A DNA stretch of 64,000 bases from assembly GCA_013239625.1 (NCBI GenBank), contig MU053792.1:470941-534940 (forward strand), written 5' to 3'. This document shows positions 39,572 through 52,075 of this stretch, piece after piece. The notes beneath the pieces are model-generated. The model ran no database searches, was not told the origin of the DNA, and worked only from the letters and a program-made list of their open reading frames with translations. The position numbers and the translations under genes were made by a program. Position 1 is the stretch's first letter; the number at the start of each line of letters is the position of its first letter. The DNA is from Lama guanicoe. Lineage: Eukaryota.

Positions 39572-39877
39572 TTCCTCATACAGTAGATTAATCATTAGGT
39601 TTTTTTTTTTTTCATTAGTTGTGATGAAGGACCATCCGCTGCCACAGAACTGTCATGATCTGATTTTACTAGTCTAATGAAGCTCTCGGTGCCTACTACA
39701 CTGACGCTCCTTTCTCCACTGGGAGTTTAGATAATTAGTTAACAATTACTCAGACTTGATGGCAATTACTAGTCATCCCCTGACAGGGCTGTATTTCTCA
39801 TCTAGCTGTTCAGACTTGGTGACCATCTCACCAAATGGAATTTCTAATGACTGCTGTTTTGATACTTAAGTGCTTAC

Positions 39878-39982
39878 AATCTCAGCTGTCCTTCATATCT
39901 GTCTCTGAACTCTGAGTGCAAATCCTCAACAATCATCCCACACCAGTTCACCATTGCACACACTGTTACCAGCCTTTATATA
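39878..39982 (-). promoter_or_regulatory. candidate TATA box and short non-coding first exon
   Basis: Minus-strand TATATAAAGG (TATATAAA at 39982-39975), with donor ATT|GTAAGC at 39878/39877 about 100 bp downstream. Confidence 0.3.
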
Positions 39983-42814
39983 GCAGAAGAAATACAGACA
40001 TTGAAATGGCCTAAAATAAAGATCCTCATTTGCTTAATCATAAATGGGATGAAAAGCCACATTATTTGCTGATACAAAGCCCAGGTAAGCCAGACAGCAA
40101 AACCAAACCCCACAAGTTAATACAAAACTTGGCAGAATTTCCCAGAAAGGTTGTCTGCTGTGTCTTGTGAACCTAGGACCATTAGCATTATCAAAATTGC
40201 TGTGACTTCCAAAGAAATCAGGAGGACAGGAGCCATCTTCTGTGTCTACCAGCGAGCATAGCCCAAGTGCTGCCTCATTCTAATGTAAAGAATAGATAAT
40301 CATCCAACATATTTTTCCATAGATGTTTACTGGTCCTGTCTTACCGAAAACTATAGAAAGATCTAAATGAGCATTAAAAACTATCTTAATAAAGAGAAAA
40401 GAGCTAACAAGTAAATCCCAAGATAGAGGGTGGGGGTGCTGAATAGGTTTGTGTGAGGAACTATGACTATTGAGCTCTCCATTTCTGTCAACCAGAGCGT
40501 TTCTCAAGAATTTAAGAATGTTTTTCTTCTCTAAAAAACTCAATGTCAGAGAAGGGTAGAGGAAAAAGATGAGTGGAAAATTCATACATTGTATTTAGAT
40601 CCCCAAAGGACAGGGTGTATTGGCAATGGTTACACCTTTGATATAAAACTACAATGATAGATAGAGAGTGGGTGGGTAAGTAGGTAGAGAGAGATAGATA
40701 ATTATTGCTGGAACAATTGGAATTTTTTCTTTGTCGTGATTTTTAAGTGAATTATCTTAAAGAATTTCTAAAACAAGTTTGCATGTTGGTGCATTTTCCA
40801 TTATTTTACCAAGTGATAAATGATGCTCTTCTTAAACAAGCTTGAAAACCATTTTAACTTAATCAATAGTGACTTAGAATCTTCAGACCCTCCTGCAGCA
40901 TTCCTACAACTGTCACCAGATAACATTATAAATAATCTATGCAAAATTTAATCCTTTCAAATATACCTGGAATACCATGTGATACTCTAATATTGTTCTC
41001 AATTTATTATATGTGATAATTGGTCTTTTGGGATCTGAGAGTTATTCTTAAGGAAATTGTAATGATTTATATTATTTCTCAACCTTATCATATAAAGTCC
41101 AACTATAGATTATATATAGAAGCAATAAACCTTATTTTTTGGCCCAATATTAGTTAAGACTTTTTCCCAAAGAAAATTCTTCCTTTTGAGCGATTAATAT
41201 TGTAGAATTTCTAGGGTTCACCCTATTCATTATTTTCTACAATTCCATGCTTTCCGTTCTGCTTTATAAAATCACTCAGATTGTATTCAACTATCCACAC
41301 TTTTATTCTACAAGAGTAAAAAAAATATACCCCATTTAAAACATCAGACAGTGGATTGTGATAAGACCAAGACAATCATGGTGCTCCTACTGCCTTCTGC
41401 AGCAATTAACTGATTTGAGTATGTGATTCTGATCAAAGAGACATAAGGACAAATCTGATGAGATTGGTTAAAAGAGGCCTTCTCTTTTAATAAGGAGCTA
41501 AAGTTAAGAGTCAACACTTCTTTGTACTTTGGCTATTGTCCTACTGAGATGTGATACCTACAACTGCTGGGAGTAGTTAAGGGTAAAGCCATCTAATAGA
41601 GGAGGGTAATTCTCTGACATTTTGGACCCGGGGCTTATATATTTCCTTCGATGAGGTAACTAATTTCTTCATTATTCAAACCAGTTTCAGATGGGCTTTA
41701 TTATAATTTAAAAATGCAAATTGTTGACCTTTACAATTCAGTAGAAACTGCAAACACTCAAGAGATCACATTTAGGCTAGCTGCAGCAGAAAACAAATTG
41801 GATGATGGAAGTGAACATTAGCTACAATAAGGAACTAAGAAGCACACTTGGCAAATTCAGTGACGCTACCATTTGTAAGTGTTTGTGTCACTTCTGTTTC
41901 AAGTTAAAAGTTAAGACGCTACAGGAATACCTATATTGTGGCATGGTGGTGATAATTTATTTATATCCATTAATTAAGATTGATTTTAGTTCAACTCTCA
42001 TTCAATAAAATATATCAAAAATTAAATAAGATTGGATTAAACATTCAGATATAATTTAGACTGTAAGTTCCTGAATGCTACGAACTTACAGTCTAACAAA
42101 ATGCCATCAGATTATAATTACTCAAAGATGTGCCAATAACTATAAATGCTACAGGAGTACAAGGTTGTAAATGAGAGATGCAGAGGTCTGTGAAAGTGCC
42201 ATGTAAGGGGTACATGTTAGACACTGGAAAGTGAAATGCTCACTATAATTTGTAATACATGACATGAAGGTGTAAAAAGCAGAACACTGTGAAAGAAAGT
42301 ATCTCATGATACAGAAGTGCTTCTTGTCAGTTTCTACAAATAAAATCAATATTCTCCCAGTCATACAGTCTGGGAGTCACTTCTCTCTTTTCTTGCTTTA
42401 TTATAGACGATTTACTGAATTATTTCAGTTCTCACTCTATGATGTCTTTCATTCTTCTTTGTTTCCACTACAGCAATTTTTCCCCTTACAGAAAGCTTCC
42501 TAGCTAGCTTCCTAACAAGTTGATGTTTCCACTGTGTATGACTTCTTCTGAAGACTCTCAAACAATATTTCCAAAATATTCATTTTAGCTTATTTATTTC
42601 TACTCAAAACCTCCTATGAATCCCTACTGCCTACAGGTAAGGATATAGAGACAAAATAAATTGTCTTTATATTAAATTCTTTATAGTCTGGTAGGAAATT
42701 ACAGAAAAAGAAAACACAAAGGTAAGTTCAATAAATTATTAAAGAGTTTCTGATAGAAGCTTGCTCCTCATAGAAAGTATCTTTGTGATTGATAAAATTA
42801 AAGTCTTTATCCAG

Positions 42815-44951
42815 GAGGGAGTGCCAAGATGGCAGAGTAGAAGAACACTCTTAGCTCACTGTCTCCCACAAATAAACCAAGAGAGACATCCTTGGACCCA
42901 CCCATTCATTCAGAACATCTGCTGAACTTTGACAGAACACATTCTTCAAAAGACAAAATTCCTCACAAATTCTGGTAGAAGAATGCAATTATTTTAATTC
43001 AATTTTAAAAGGGATTGATTCTTTACTTTTTTTGTTATTTTATTGTTAGTGTAAAGAAATGAAACTGATTTCTATATGTTAATCTTGTATCCTGCTACCT
43101 TGCTGAAATCTTTTATCAGCTTGAGTAGTTTTTGTGTGGAGCATTTAGAGTTTTCTATATATAGTATCATGCCATCCACATATAATGACAGTTTTACCTC
43201 TTTTCTTTTAATTTGAATCCTTTTTATTTCTTTTTCTTGTCTAATTGCTATGGTTAAGACTTCCAATACTATATTGAATAGAAGTGGTGAGAGTGGGCAT
43301 CCTTGTCTTGTTTCAGATTTAGCAGGAAATTTTTCACAGAACTAGAACAAACAATCCTAAAATTTATATGAAATCACTAAAAAAATACCCAGAATTGCAA
43401 AAGCAATACTGAAGGAAAAAAAATGAATAAATAAAGCTGGAGAAATAACCCTCCCAGACTTCAGACAGTACTACACAGCTACAGTAATCAAAACAGCATG
43501 GTATTGGCAAGAAAACAGACCATCAGTGGAACAAAATAGAAAGCCCAGAAATAAACCCACAAACTTTTGGTCCATTAATCTTTGACAAAGAAGGCAAGAA
43601 CATACTATGGAGTAAAGATAGTCTCTTCAGCAAATTGTGTTGGGATAACTGGACAGCTGCATGTAAATAAATAAAGTTAGAACACTCCCTCACACCATAC
43701 ACAAAAATAAACTCAAAATGGATCAAAGGCTTAAACATAAGACAAGATAAAATAAACTTCCTAGAAGAAAACGTAGGTAAAGCATTCTCTGACATAAATC
43801 TTAGCAATGTTCTCCAGTCTACCCAGGCAATAGAAATAAAAGTGAAAATTAACAAATGGGACCAAATTAAACTTATAAGCTTTTGCACAGTAAAGGAAAC
43901 CATACGCAAAACAAAACAACAACCTATAAAATGGGAGAAAATATTTGCAAATTATGTGACTGAGAAAAGTTTAATTTCCAGAATATATAAGCAGCTCATA
44001 CAACTTAATAACAAACAAAAAAGAAAAACCCCAAAATGGACAGTGACCTAAACAAGCAATTCTTCAATGAAGACATACAAATGGCCAATAAACACATGAA
44101 AAAATGTTCAATATTGTAATTATTAGAAAAATGCAGATCAAAACTATAATGAGGTATCACCATGAACAATAAATGCTGGAGAGGGCGTGGAGAAAAAGGA
44201 AGCCTCCTATACTGCTGGTAGGAAGGTAGTTTAGTGCATCTATTATGGAAAACAGTATGACGTTTCCTCAAAAACCTAAAAATAGACTTACCATATGATC
44301 CAGAAATCCCACTCCTGGGCACATATCCAGAGGGAACCTTAATTCAAAAAGATACATGCACGCTAATGTTCATAGCAGCACTATGGACTATAGCCAAGAC
44401 ATGGAAACAACCTAAATGTCCATCAGCAGATGACTGGATAAATAAGCTGTGGTATACTTATACAATAGAATACTACTCAGGCATAAAAAAAGAATAAAAT
44501 AATGCCATTTGCAGCAACATGGATGGACCTAGACATCGTCATACTAAGTGAAGTAAGCCAGGAAGAGAAAGAAAAATACCATGTGATATCACTTGTATGT
44601 GGAATCTAAAGAAAAGGAGAAAAGAGGACACTAATGAACTCATCTACAAAACAGAAACAGACCCACAGACACAGTAAACAATCACAGTTACCTTGGGAAG
44701 GAGGATGGGAAGGGATACATTTGGAAGTTTGAGATTTGCAAATGTTTGCCACTATATATAAAAATAGATTAAAAAAACAAAATTTTTCCTGTATAAGACA
44801 GGGAACTATATTCAATATCTTGTAATATCCTTTGATGAAAAAAGAATATGAAAATGAATATATGTATGTATATGCATGACTGAGACATTTTGCTGTACAC
44901 CAGAAATTGACACATTTTAACTGACTATACGTTAATAAAAACAATTAAAAA
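42815..44951 (+). mobile_element. rearranged young L1 (sense 5' UTR tip + inverted RT fragment + sense 3' end)
   Basis: TSD TAAAGTCTTTAT(C/G)CAG at 42799-42814 and 44952-44967. 5' tip 'gagggagtgccaagatggcagagtag'. Antisense RT ORF 43072-43266. Sense ORF2 end and 3' UTR 43325-44950. Confidence 0.92.
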
Positions 44952-45689
44952 TAAAGTCTTTATGCAGACAAAACTACGCACTAACCCTCTCTATCCAAAG
45001 CACTTTGCACTTCTTCATCACCATACCTTCCCATAAAACATTTCTCTCCTCTGGAAAATTCACTTTACCCAATTTATTAATTAATCCTTAAATATTATTC
45101 AAGGCTTATTTAAAGTTTATCTTTCTCCACATTTTATGGCCTCTTACTCTTAAAATTGATTCAACAATCCTCTTTCTAGCTGTTCCTTATGCTAGAGAGC
45201 GTTGCACTTCAGAGAACAGCTTGTTGTATTTATAAACAGTTTGAATTATCATCATGAACTTGCTTAAATGGAACCAAAATTCACTTTTCTCTGTTCATTT
45301 TAGTAGAATGTTATAATGCCACAATAAATAAAATAAATTTTCTTGTATATAGCAATCAATCAGATATCTGAAAATATTATGACATTCTCATATTTTCTCT
45401 TTCCTAGGCAAACTATCAATAACAGATTTTTTTTCTCAAATGATGTTCTTTCTAGAATCTTCACAGTTTTATTGTTCTTACTATAGGAATTAATTATGGA
45501 ATGGTTAACATTTCCCCTAAAATGAAAACATAATGTCCAAGACATCTGTTTTTGACTATGTTTGTTGAGCTTATCCCACTACAACTGTTTCGAACATGAC
45601 AAGTAGGAAAACTCAATAAAGTAATTTATATGCCACTTACTTCAAGATTTTAGTTTCCCAAGAAAGCATTTATTAACTTTCATCACCCA

Positions 45690-46366
45690 CTCATTATTTT
45701 TCAAAAGTCTTTGCAAAATGGAAATAAAAGAAAATTTTCTTATTCCCTTAAAAGGAACCTACAGCAAAATACCTACAGCAATTGTTATACTTTCAATGAT
45801 GAAATATTGAAAGTTTTCAATCACACATCAAAAAATGGTCAAGATCCAATAACATTGTTTTCACCTATTTTTGTACTGGAAATCCTAGCCAGTGAAGTAA
45901 GTGGAAAGAAATGCAAAGAGATGTAAGTATAAGAAAAGAAGAAATAAAATCATCAATATTCACAATTTTATTATAAACACAGAAAATCCAAAATAATACA
46001 AATAAATAAGTACACTTAGAAAGTTTATTGCAAACAAGGACAATTTTAAATGTTAATTATACTTTTTCTATAGCAGCTACTTATATTTTAAATATATTTT
46101 AAAATATTAACAACTATAATACTGAAAACATCAAATATCTAAGAAGTATAATAGAAGAAAACCCAACAAACAGTAAATCATAACATATTAAAAAAATCCA
46201 TGAACTGCCTCTAGTCTATCATGTTTATTGATTGGAATAAGCAAAATTATAAAAAATATTCTCTTAAATGTATCTCAATTCAGTGCAGTCAAGGTCAGAA
46301 TCTTAAGCAACTTGTGTAAATGGTAGATGCGAAAATTGACAAGACAATTTAAAAATTTATTTGAAA
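45690..46366 (+). mobile_element. ancient L1 ORF2 remnant (resumes at 51225-51720 after a nested insertion)
   Basis: 'VLEILAS' remnant. 'aaattgacaag..aatttaaaaatttatttgaaa' continues as 'ggaaaatataaggttcaagaatagtcaaaa...gcatggtattagtgcaag'. Confidence 0.75.
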
Positions 46367-49300
46367 GAAAGGAGTGGCCAACATGGCAGAGTAGGAAGGC
46401 CCTGAGTGCCTCTCCTCCTACAGGCACATCAACATTCACAAAGCAGCTATCAAGAACGTCCTGAAGCCTAGCAGAAAGAACTTCCAACTAAAAATGTAAA
46501 GAAGGAACCACAGTGAGACAGGTAGGAGTGGTCGAGACATGATATAGCCAAGACCTATAGATCCAGGTTAGTGACTCACAAATGGGAGGATAATTACAAT
46601 AACAGAGGTTCATCACAAGGAGCAAAGGGCTCAAGCCCCACATTGGGTTCCCTAGTCTGGGGCTCCTGCAGCAAAAGGACAAAGCCCCAGAATGTTTAGC
46701 TTTGTAGATCGATTGTGCTTATTTTCAGAAGAGTGAGAGGGCTGTAGAAAATAGAGACTTCAATCTTAAGAAGGGTATGCAGAATCTCACAGCCCAAGGA
46801 CAAAGGCAGAAGCACTAATTTTAAAGGACCCTGGGTCAGATCCACTTGCTGATCTTGGAGATGCCCCTAGAGAGGCAGAAGGCCACCAGGACTCACTCTG
46901 AGGATATAGATGCTGGCAGCAGCCTTTTGGGGGAGCTTATTCTACCATGAGCACACTGATGCTAGCAAGCAGCATTTTGGAATCCTCTCTCAGTTCCACC
47001 CACCAAACAGGCACCACCAGTTCTGCGACACTGTGGGCCAGGCAGCTAACTGGGCAGGGACACAGTCTGAGCTCTCAGCAGGCAGGCTGCAGTAGGACCC
47101 CCAGAGGCCCCAGTCTGTCCCAGGAACATGCCTCACCCACTAAATCTGGGACTCCCAGAGCCCATAGCCAGAGACCTTAGGATCCAGCTCTACCCACCTA
47201 AGGACCAGTGCTAGCACCAGAAAACACTGGGCCCCAGATCAGCCCACCAATGTGCTGACACCAACTCCAGGGAACACCAGATCCCATAGTCACAGATCCT
47301 AGGACTCTACTTCACCTACCAGTGAGTGGGCACAGCCCAAGGAACCCCTGGGACCTAGCCCTCCCCACCAGTGGGCCAACACCAACTCTCAAATCCCCGG
47401 GCCCTTACAAACAAAGGCCTGGTGTCTGGATCCACTCACCACACACCAGCTCTAAGGTTCCCAGGGCCCACAGATAAAGACCCCAGGACTTGTCTCTACA
47501 AACCAGTGGTAAGGCACCAGCCCTGCGATGACCTGGGCCCTGTTTCCACCTGTGATAAGGGCAACACCAGCTCTGGGACCATCGAGCCCCTCAACCAGCT
47601 GCCCCAGGAGCAGGCCTAAACCACACGTGTGCAGAAATCAGCTCTGGGAGACAGCAGACTCCACAGACAGCCCTGACAGGAACCAGCCCAGCCCACTTTC
47701 AGGCCATCACCAGCCCCGCCTCAGGATGCAACAGGCCGTAGTTTTTCCCACAGTCAGGAGAACACTGACTCTGAGACCCCCAGCACCACAGCCAGCCTCC
47801 CCAGGACTCGGCTCAGCTAGCCTGCGGGCCAACATGACAGCCCCATGACACCACGGGGCTCCACAGCCAACCACCTCATGTGCAGTCCTGCCCCCCAGCA
47901 GGACTACACCACCCGGGCTGCAGCCAGCCTTGTCAGGACCTGGCCTTGCCCACCAGCCGCCAGCAAGCTCTGCACTAGAAAGGGCCTGGCAACCTGTTCT
48001 TTCTTATGAAAGAAAAAATTCTCACTTGTAAAGGTAAATACACAGTAAAGGTAGTAGATCAACTATTCATAAAGCTAGAAGGAAGGTTATAAAGGAGTAA
48101 CATCATCTCTATCCACAGTCAGTAGTTCAGGGATATATAAAACAAGATGATGTAAAATATAACATCAAAAACATTAAACATGTAGAGGGTAATATGCAAG
48201 ATTGTTACAATGCATTCGAGCTTAAGAGATCAGCAACTTAAAATAACCATATATGTCTATACATATAACTATATATAAGCCTCATCGTAAACACAAACCA
48301 AAAATCTATAATAGATACACACACAAAACAAAGAAAAGAATCCAAACCTAACACTAGGCATTGTCATCAAATCACAAGGGAAATGAGCAAAAGGAGAAAG
48401 AACAGAAGAGAACTACAAAAACAACCATAAAACTGCTAACAAAATGGCAGTAAGTACATCCCTACTGATAGTTACTTCAAGTGCAAATGGAAAATGTTTA
48501 AATCAGAGGACATAGACTGCTGATTGGATGCAAAAACAAGACCAATATATATGCTGCCTACAAGAGACTCACTTCAGGTCTAAAGACACAAAGATTCTGA
48601 AAGTAAAGAGATGTAAAAAGGTATTCCACGTAAGAAATGAACAGAAAGCCAGGGTAGCAATACTTATATCAGACAAAATAGACTCTAAAACCAAGACTGT
48701 AACAAGATCAATTACATAATGAGAAAGGGACCAATCCAAAAAGAAGATATAACAATTGTAAATATATATGCATGGAACATAGGAACAGTTAGATAAAAAA
48801 AGAAATATTAAAAGGCATAAAGGGACAAATGGACAGTCGCACAGTAATAGTAAGGGGCTTTGACACAACACTTGCATCAATGGATGGGCCACTCAGAGGG
48901 AGAATCAATGAGAAAACATTGACCTTAAATAACTCATTAAACCAAATGGACTTACTAGATATTTACAGAACACTTTATCCAAAAGCTATGCAATACACAT
49001 TTTTTCAAGTGCACATGGAACATTCTCCAGGATCAATCACATGCTAGTTCAAAAAACAAGTCTGTAAATTTAAGAAGATTGAAATCATATATTTCCAAAC
49101 ACAACGCTGTGAGAACAGAAATCAACAAAGAAAAATCTAAACCAAAAAAAAAAAATTTGTGTTTTAAACAACATGCTACCAAGTAACCAATGTATCACTG
49201 AAAACATCAAAGTAGAAATCAAAAAATAACTGAAGATAATTAAAAAAAGACACCACAAGATCCAAAATCTATAGAATGTACTAAAGGCAGTTCTAATAGG

Positions 49301-51224
49301 GAAGTTTGTAACAATAAAGGCTCACCTCAGGAAATAAACAAACAAAAAATCTGAAATAAATAATCTAACCTTATGCTTAACTGAAGTACAAAAAGAAGAA
49401 CAGCAAAACTGAAAGTTAGCAAAAAGGAAAAAAATAAAGATCAGAACATAAATAAATAAAATATAGACTAAATAAGACCAATACAACTAAGCATTGGCTC
49501 TTTGAAAAGATAAACAAAATTGATAAGCCTTTATCTGACTCACCAAGGGAAAAAAAAAGATGAGAAGGCCCAAATAAACAAAATCAGAAATGAAAGAGGA
49601 GTCATTACAACCCATTCCACAGAAATACAGAGAATTATTAGAGATTAATATCAATAATTATACACCAATAAAATAGAAAACCTACAAGAAATGGTCAAAT
49701 TCCTAGAAATGTACAATCTCCCAATACTGAACCGGGACTAAATTGAAAATATGAACAGCCAACTTGACAGTAATGAAACCGAATCAGTAATTTAAAAACC
49801 GGCAGCAAGCAAAAGTGCAAGATAAACCAGCTCCACGGGTGAGTTCCACCAGCCATTTCACTAAGAGTTAAAGCCTACTATTCTCAAAATATTCCAAAAA
49901 GTTTCAGAGGAAGGAGTGCTTCCAAACTCGTTCTATAAGGCTGGCATCACCCTGACACCGAAACCAAAGGCACTCCTTCCTCTGATCACTAATCATCAGA
50001 AAAATGCAAATCAAAGCCACAGAGAGATATCACTCCACAACTGCCAAAATGACCATTACCAAAATGACATCAAATAACGAATGTTAGCAATGGTATGGAG
50101 AATTGGTAGGAATGAATATTGGTGCAACCACTATGGAAAAGAGTATTGAGATTCCCCCAAAAATTAAAAATTGAGCTACCAATGATCCAGCAATTTCACT
50201 CCTAGGTATTTATCCAAAGAAAATGAAAACACTAAGTCAAAAAGATGTATGTACTCTTATGTTCATAACAGTGTTGTTTACAATAGACTAGACATGGACA
50301 CAACCCAAGTACCCATCAATAGATGAATGGCTATGGAAGATAATGTATATGCACACAATGGTCTGTATACAGTAAGTCGGAAAAAAAAGAATGAAATCTT
50401 GCCATATGTGACAACATGGTTGGACTTAGAGGGTATTATGCTAAGTGAAATAAGTCAGACAGAAAAAGGGAAATACTGTATGCTTTCACTTACATGTGGA
50501 ATACAGGAAACAAAACAAATGATCAAATATAACAAAAAAGAAACAGAGTTGATATAGAGAACAAATAGGTGGTTGCCAGAGCAGAGGGGTTGCAAGGAGG
50601 AAAGAAATCTGCGAGGAAATGAAAAGACACAAACTTCTAGTTGCAAAATACATGAGTCGCAGGTATGGAATGTACAGTGTGTGGAGTGTAATCAATCATC
50701 ATGTAATGTCTTTTTATGACAACACATCATAACTAGACTTTTCACGGTGACCATTTTGAAATGTATAGAAATACCAAACCACTATGTTGTGTACCAGGAA
50801 CTAACATAGTGTTGTAAGTCAATTCTACTTCAAAAACAAACAAACTCATAGAAAAAGAGATCAGATTTGTGGTGACCAAATGCTGAGGGTGAGGAAAGGG
50901 CAAATTGTAGAAGGTGGTCAAAATGCACAAACGTCTAGATAGAAGATAAATAAGTACTAGGGAAGTGATACACAGCATGATAAGTATAATTAACACTGCT
51001 TTATCTTATTTCTGCAAATTGTTAAGAGAATAAATCTTAATAGTTCTCCCACTATTTGAAAAATAGTTTTCTCTATTTTTCAAATTTTATGTATGATGGA
51101 TATTCACTAAACTTTATGGTGGTGATCATTTCATGGTGTATTTCAGTCAAATCATTATACTACACACCTTAAACATATGCAGTGCTGTATGTTAATTTTA
51201 TCTAAGTAAAACTGGAAGAAAAAA
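46367..51224 (+). mobile_element. older L1 with long repeat-rich 5' UTR, ORF1 and RT deleted, double 3' UTR module
   Basis: Starts 'ggagtggccaacatggcagagtagg'; EN remnant 'YICCLQETHFRSKD'; deletion junctions at ~48000 and ~49975. Degenerate TSD TAAAAATTT(T)ATTTG(G)AAA at 46350-46366 and 51225-51243. Confidence 0.9.
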
Positions 51225-51724
51225 TAAAAATTTTATTTGGAAAATATAAGGTTCAAGAATAGTCAAAAATTCTTTAAGAAGAAAATATGGAGGGTAATAT
51301 TCAATAGCAACAGTCATTATAAAACCACAGTAATTAATATAGCATGGTATTAGTGCAAGGCTAGACACAAAGGGTAAAATCCAGAAACACTAATATAGAC
51401 ATAAACATATAGACTCTACACATAGGACAAAGGTATCACTCTTGAGCAGTGGTTAGAGGTCATTCTGATAATGGCAAGTCAAACTTTTAGAAGATAAAAT
51501 AAAATATATAAATATTTACTCAGTTTTTCAAAGTAGGTACATATTTCTTAAGCGCTAACCATAAAGAAAAAGTTTGATAAATTGGACATTAACACTAAGA
51601 ATTTGCAAGGCAAAGCAAAGGAATAATGGGAAAAGATATTTGCTATATATAATTAGGAACTCTTATCCAGGATATAAATTTTAAAACTCATCCAAGTTAA
51701 TTAAAAAAACAACAACAAAAACAT

Positions 51725-52075
51725 TTGCGGACCCAGGTTCTTCCCACCATGTTGTTTTGTCACTCCTTGGGGTCTTACTTTTGTCTGCAAGGTCAAACAA
51801 GGTCACATACACGGCCATGCTCCAGCTGACTGGAAGACAAGAGTGCATGGCGGTCGACACATTCAAAGCCCTAAGGATCATAATTTCATGTCATTCCCAT
51901 TCAAATTCCACGGTCAAAAAATGCAGTTGTATCACCACACCCAGCTCTAAAGGAGAATGGTAAATGTAGTCCATTATTCTCTTACTCTGGAAGATGGAGA
52001 GAGTAAGTGTGGCTGGATCAAAGCTGCCTGCATTATCCTTGATACTCGCAATATGAGGTTGTTGCCCTTGAGTGG
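51725..52075 (-). mobile_element. MLT1 (J/K-like) LTR fragment
   Basis: 'gacccaggttcttccca..atgttg...cattccc...cacacccagctctaaaggagaatggtaaatgtagtc'. Confidence 0.65.

Noticed and set aside
47100..47990. CpG-island promoter or Pro/Ser-rich coding exon
   Set aside because: CpG-depleted and embedded in an L1 5' UTR.
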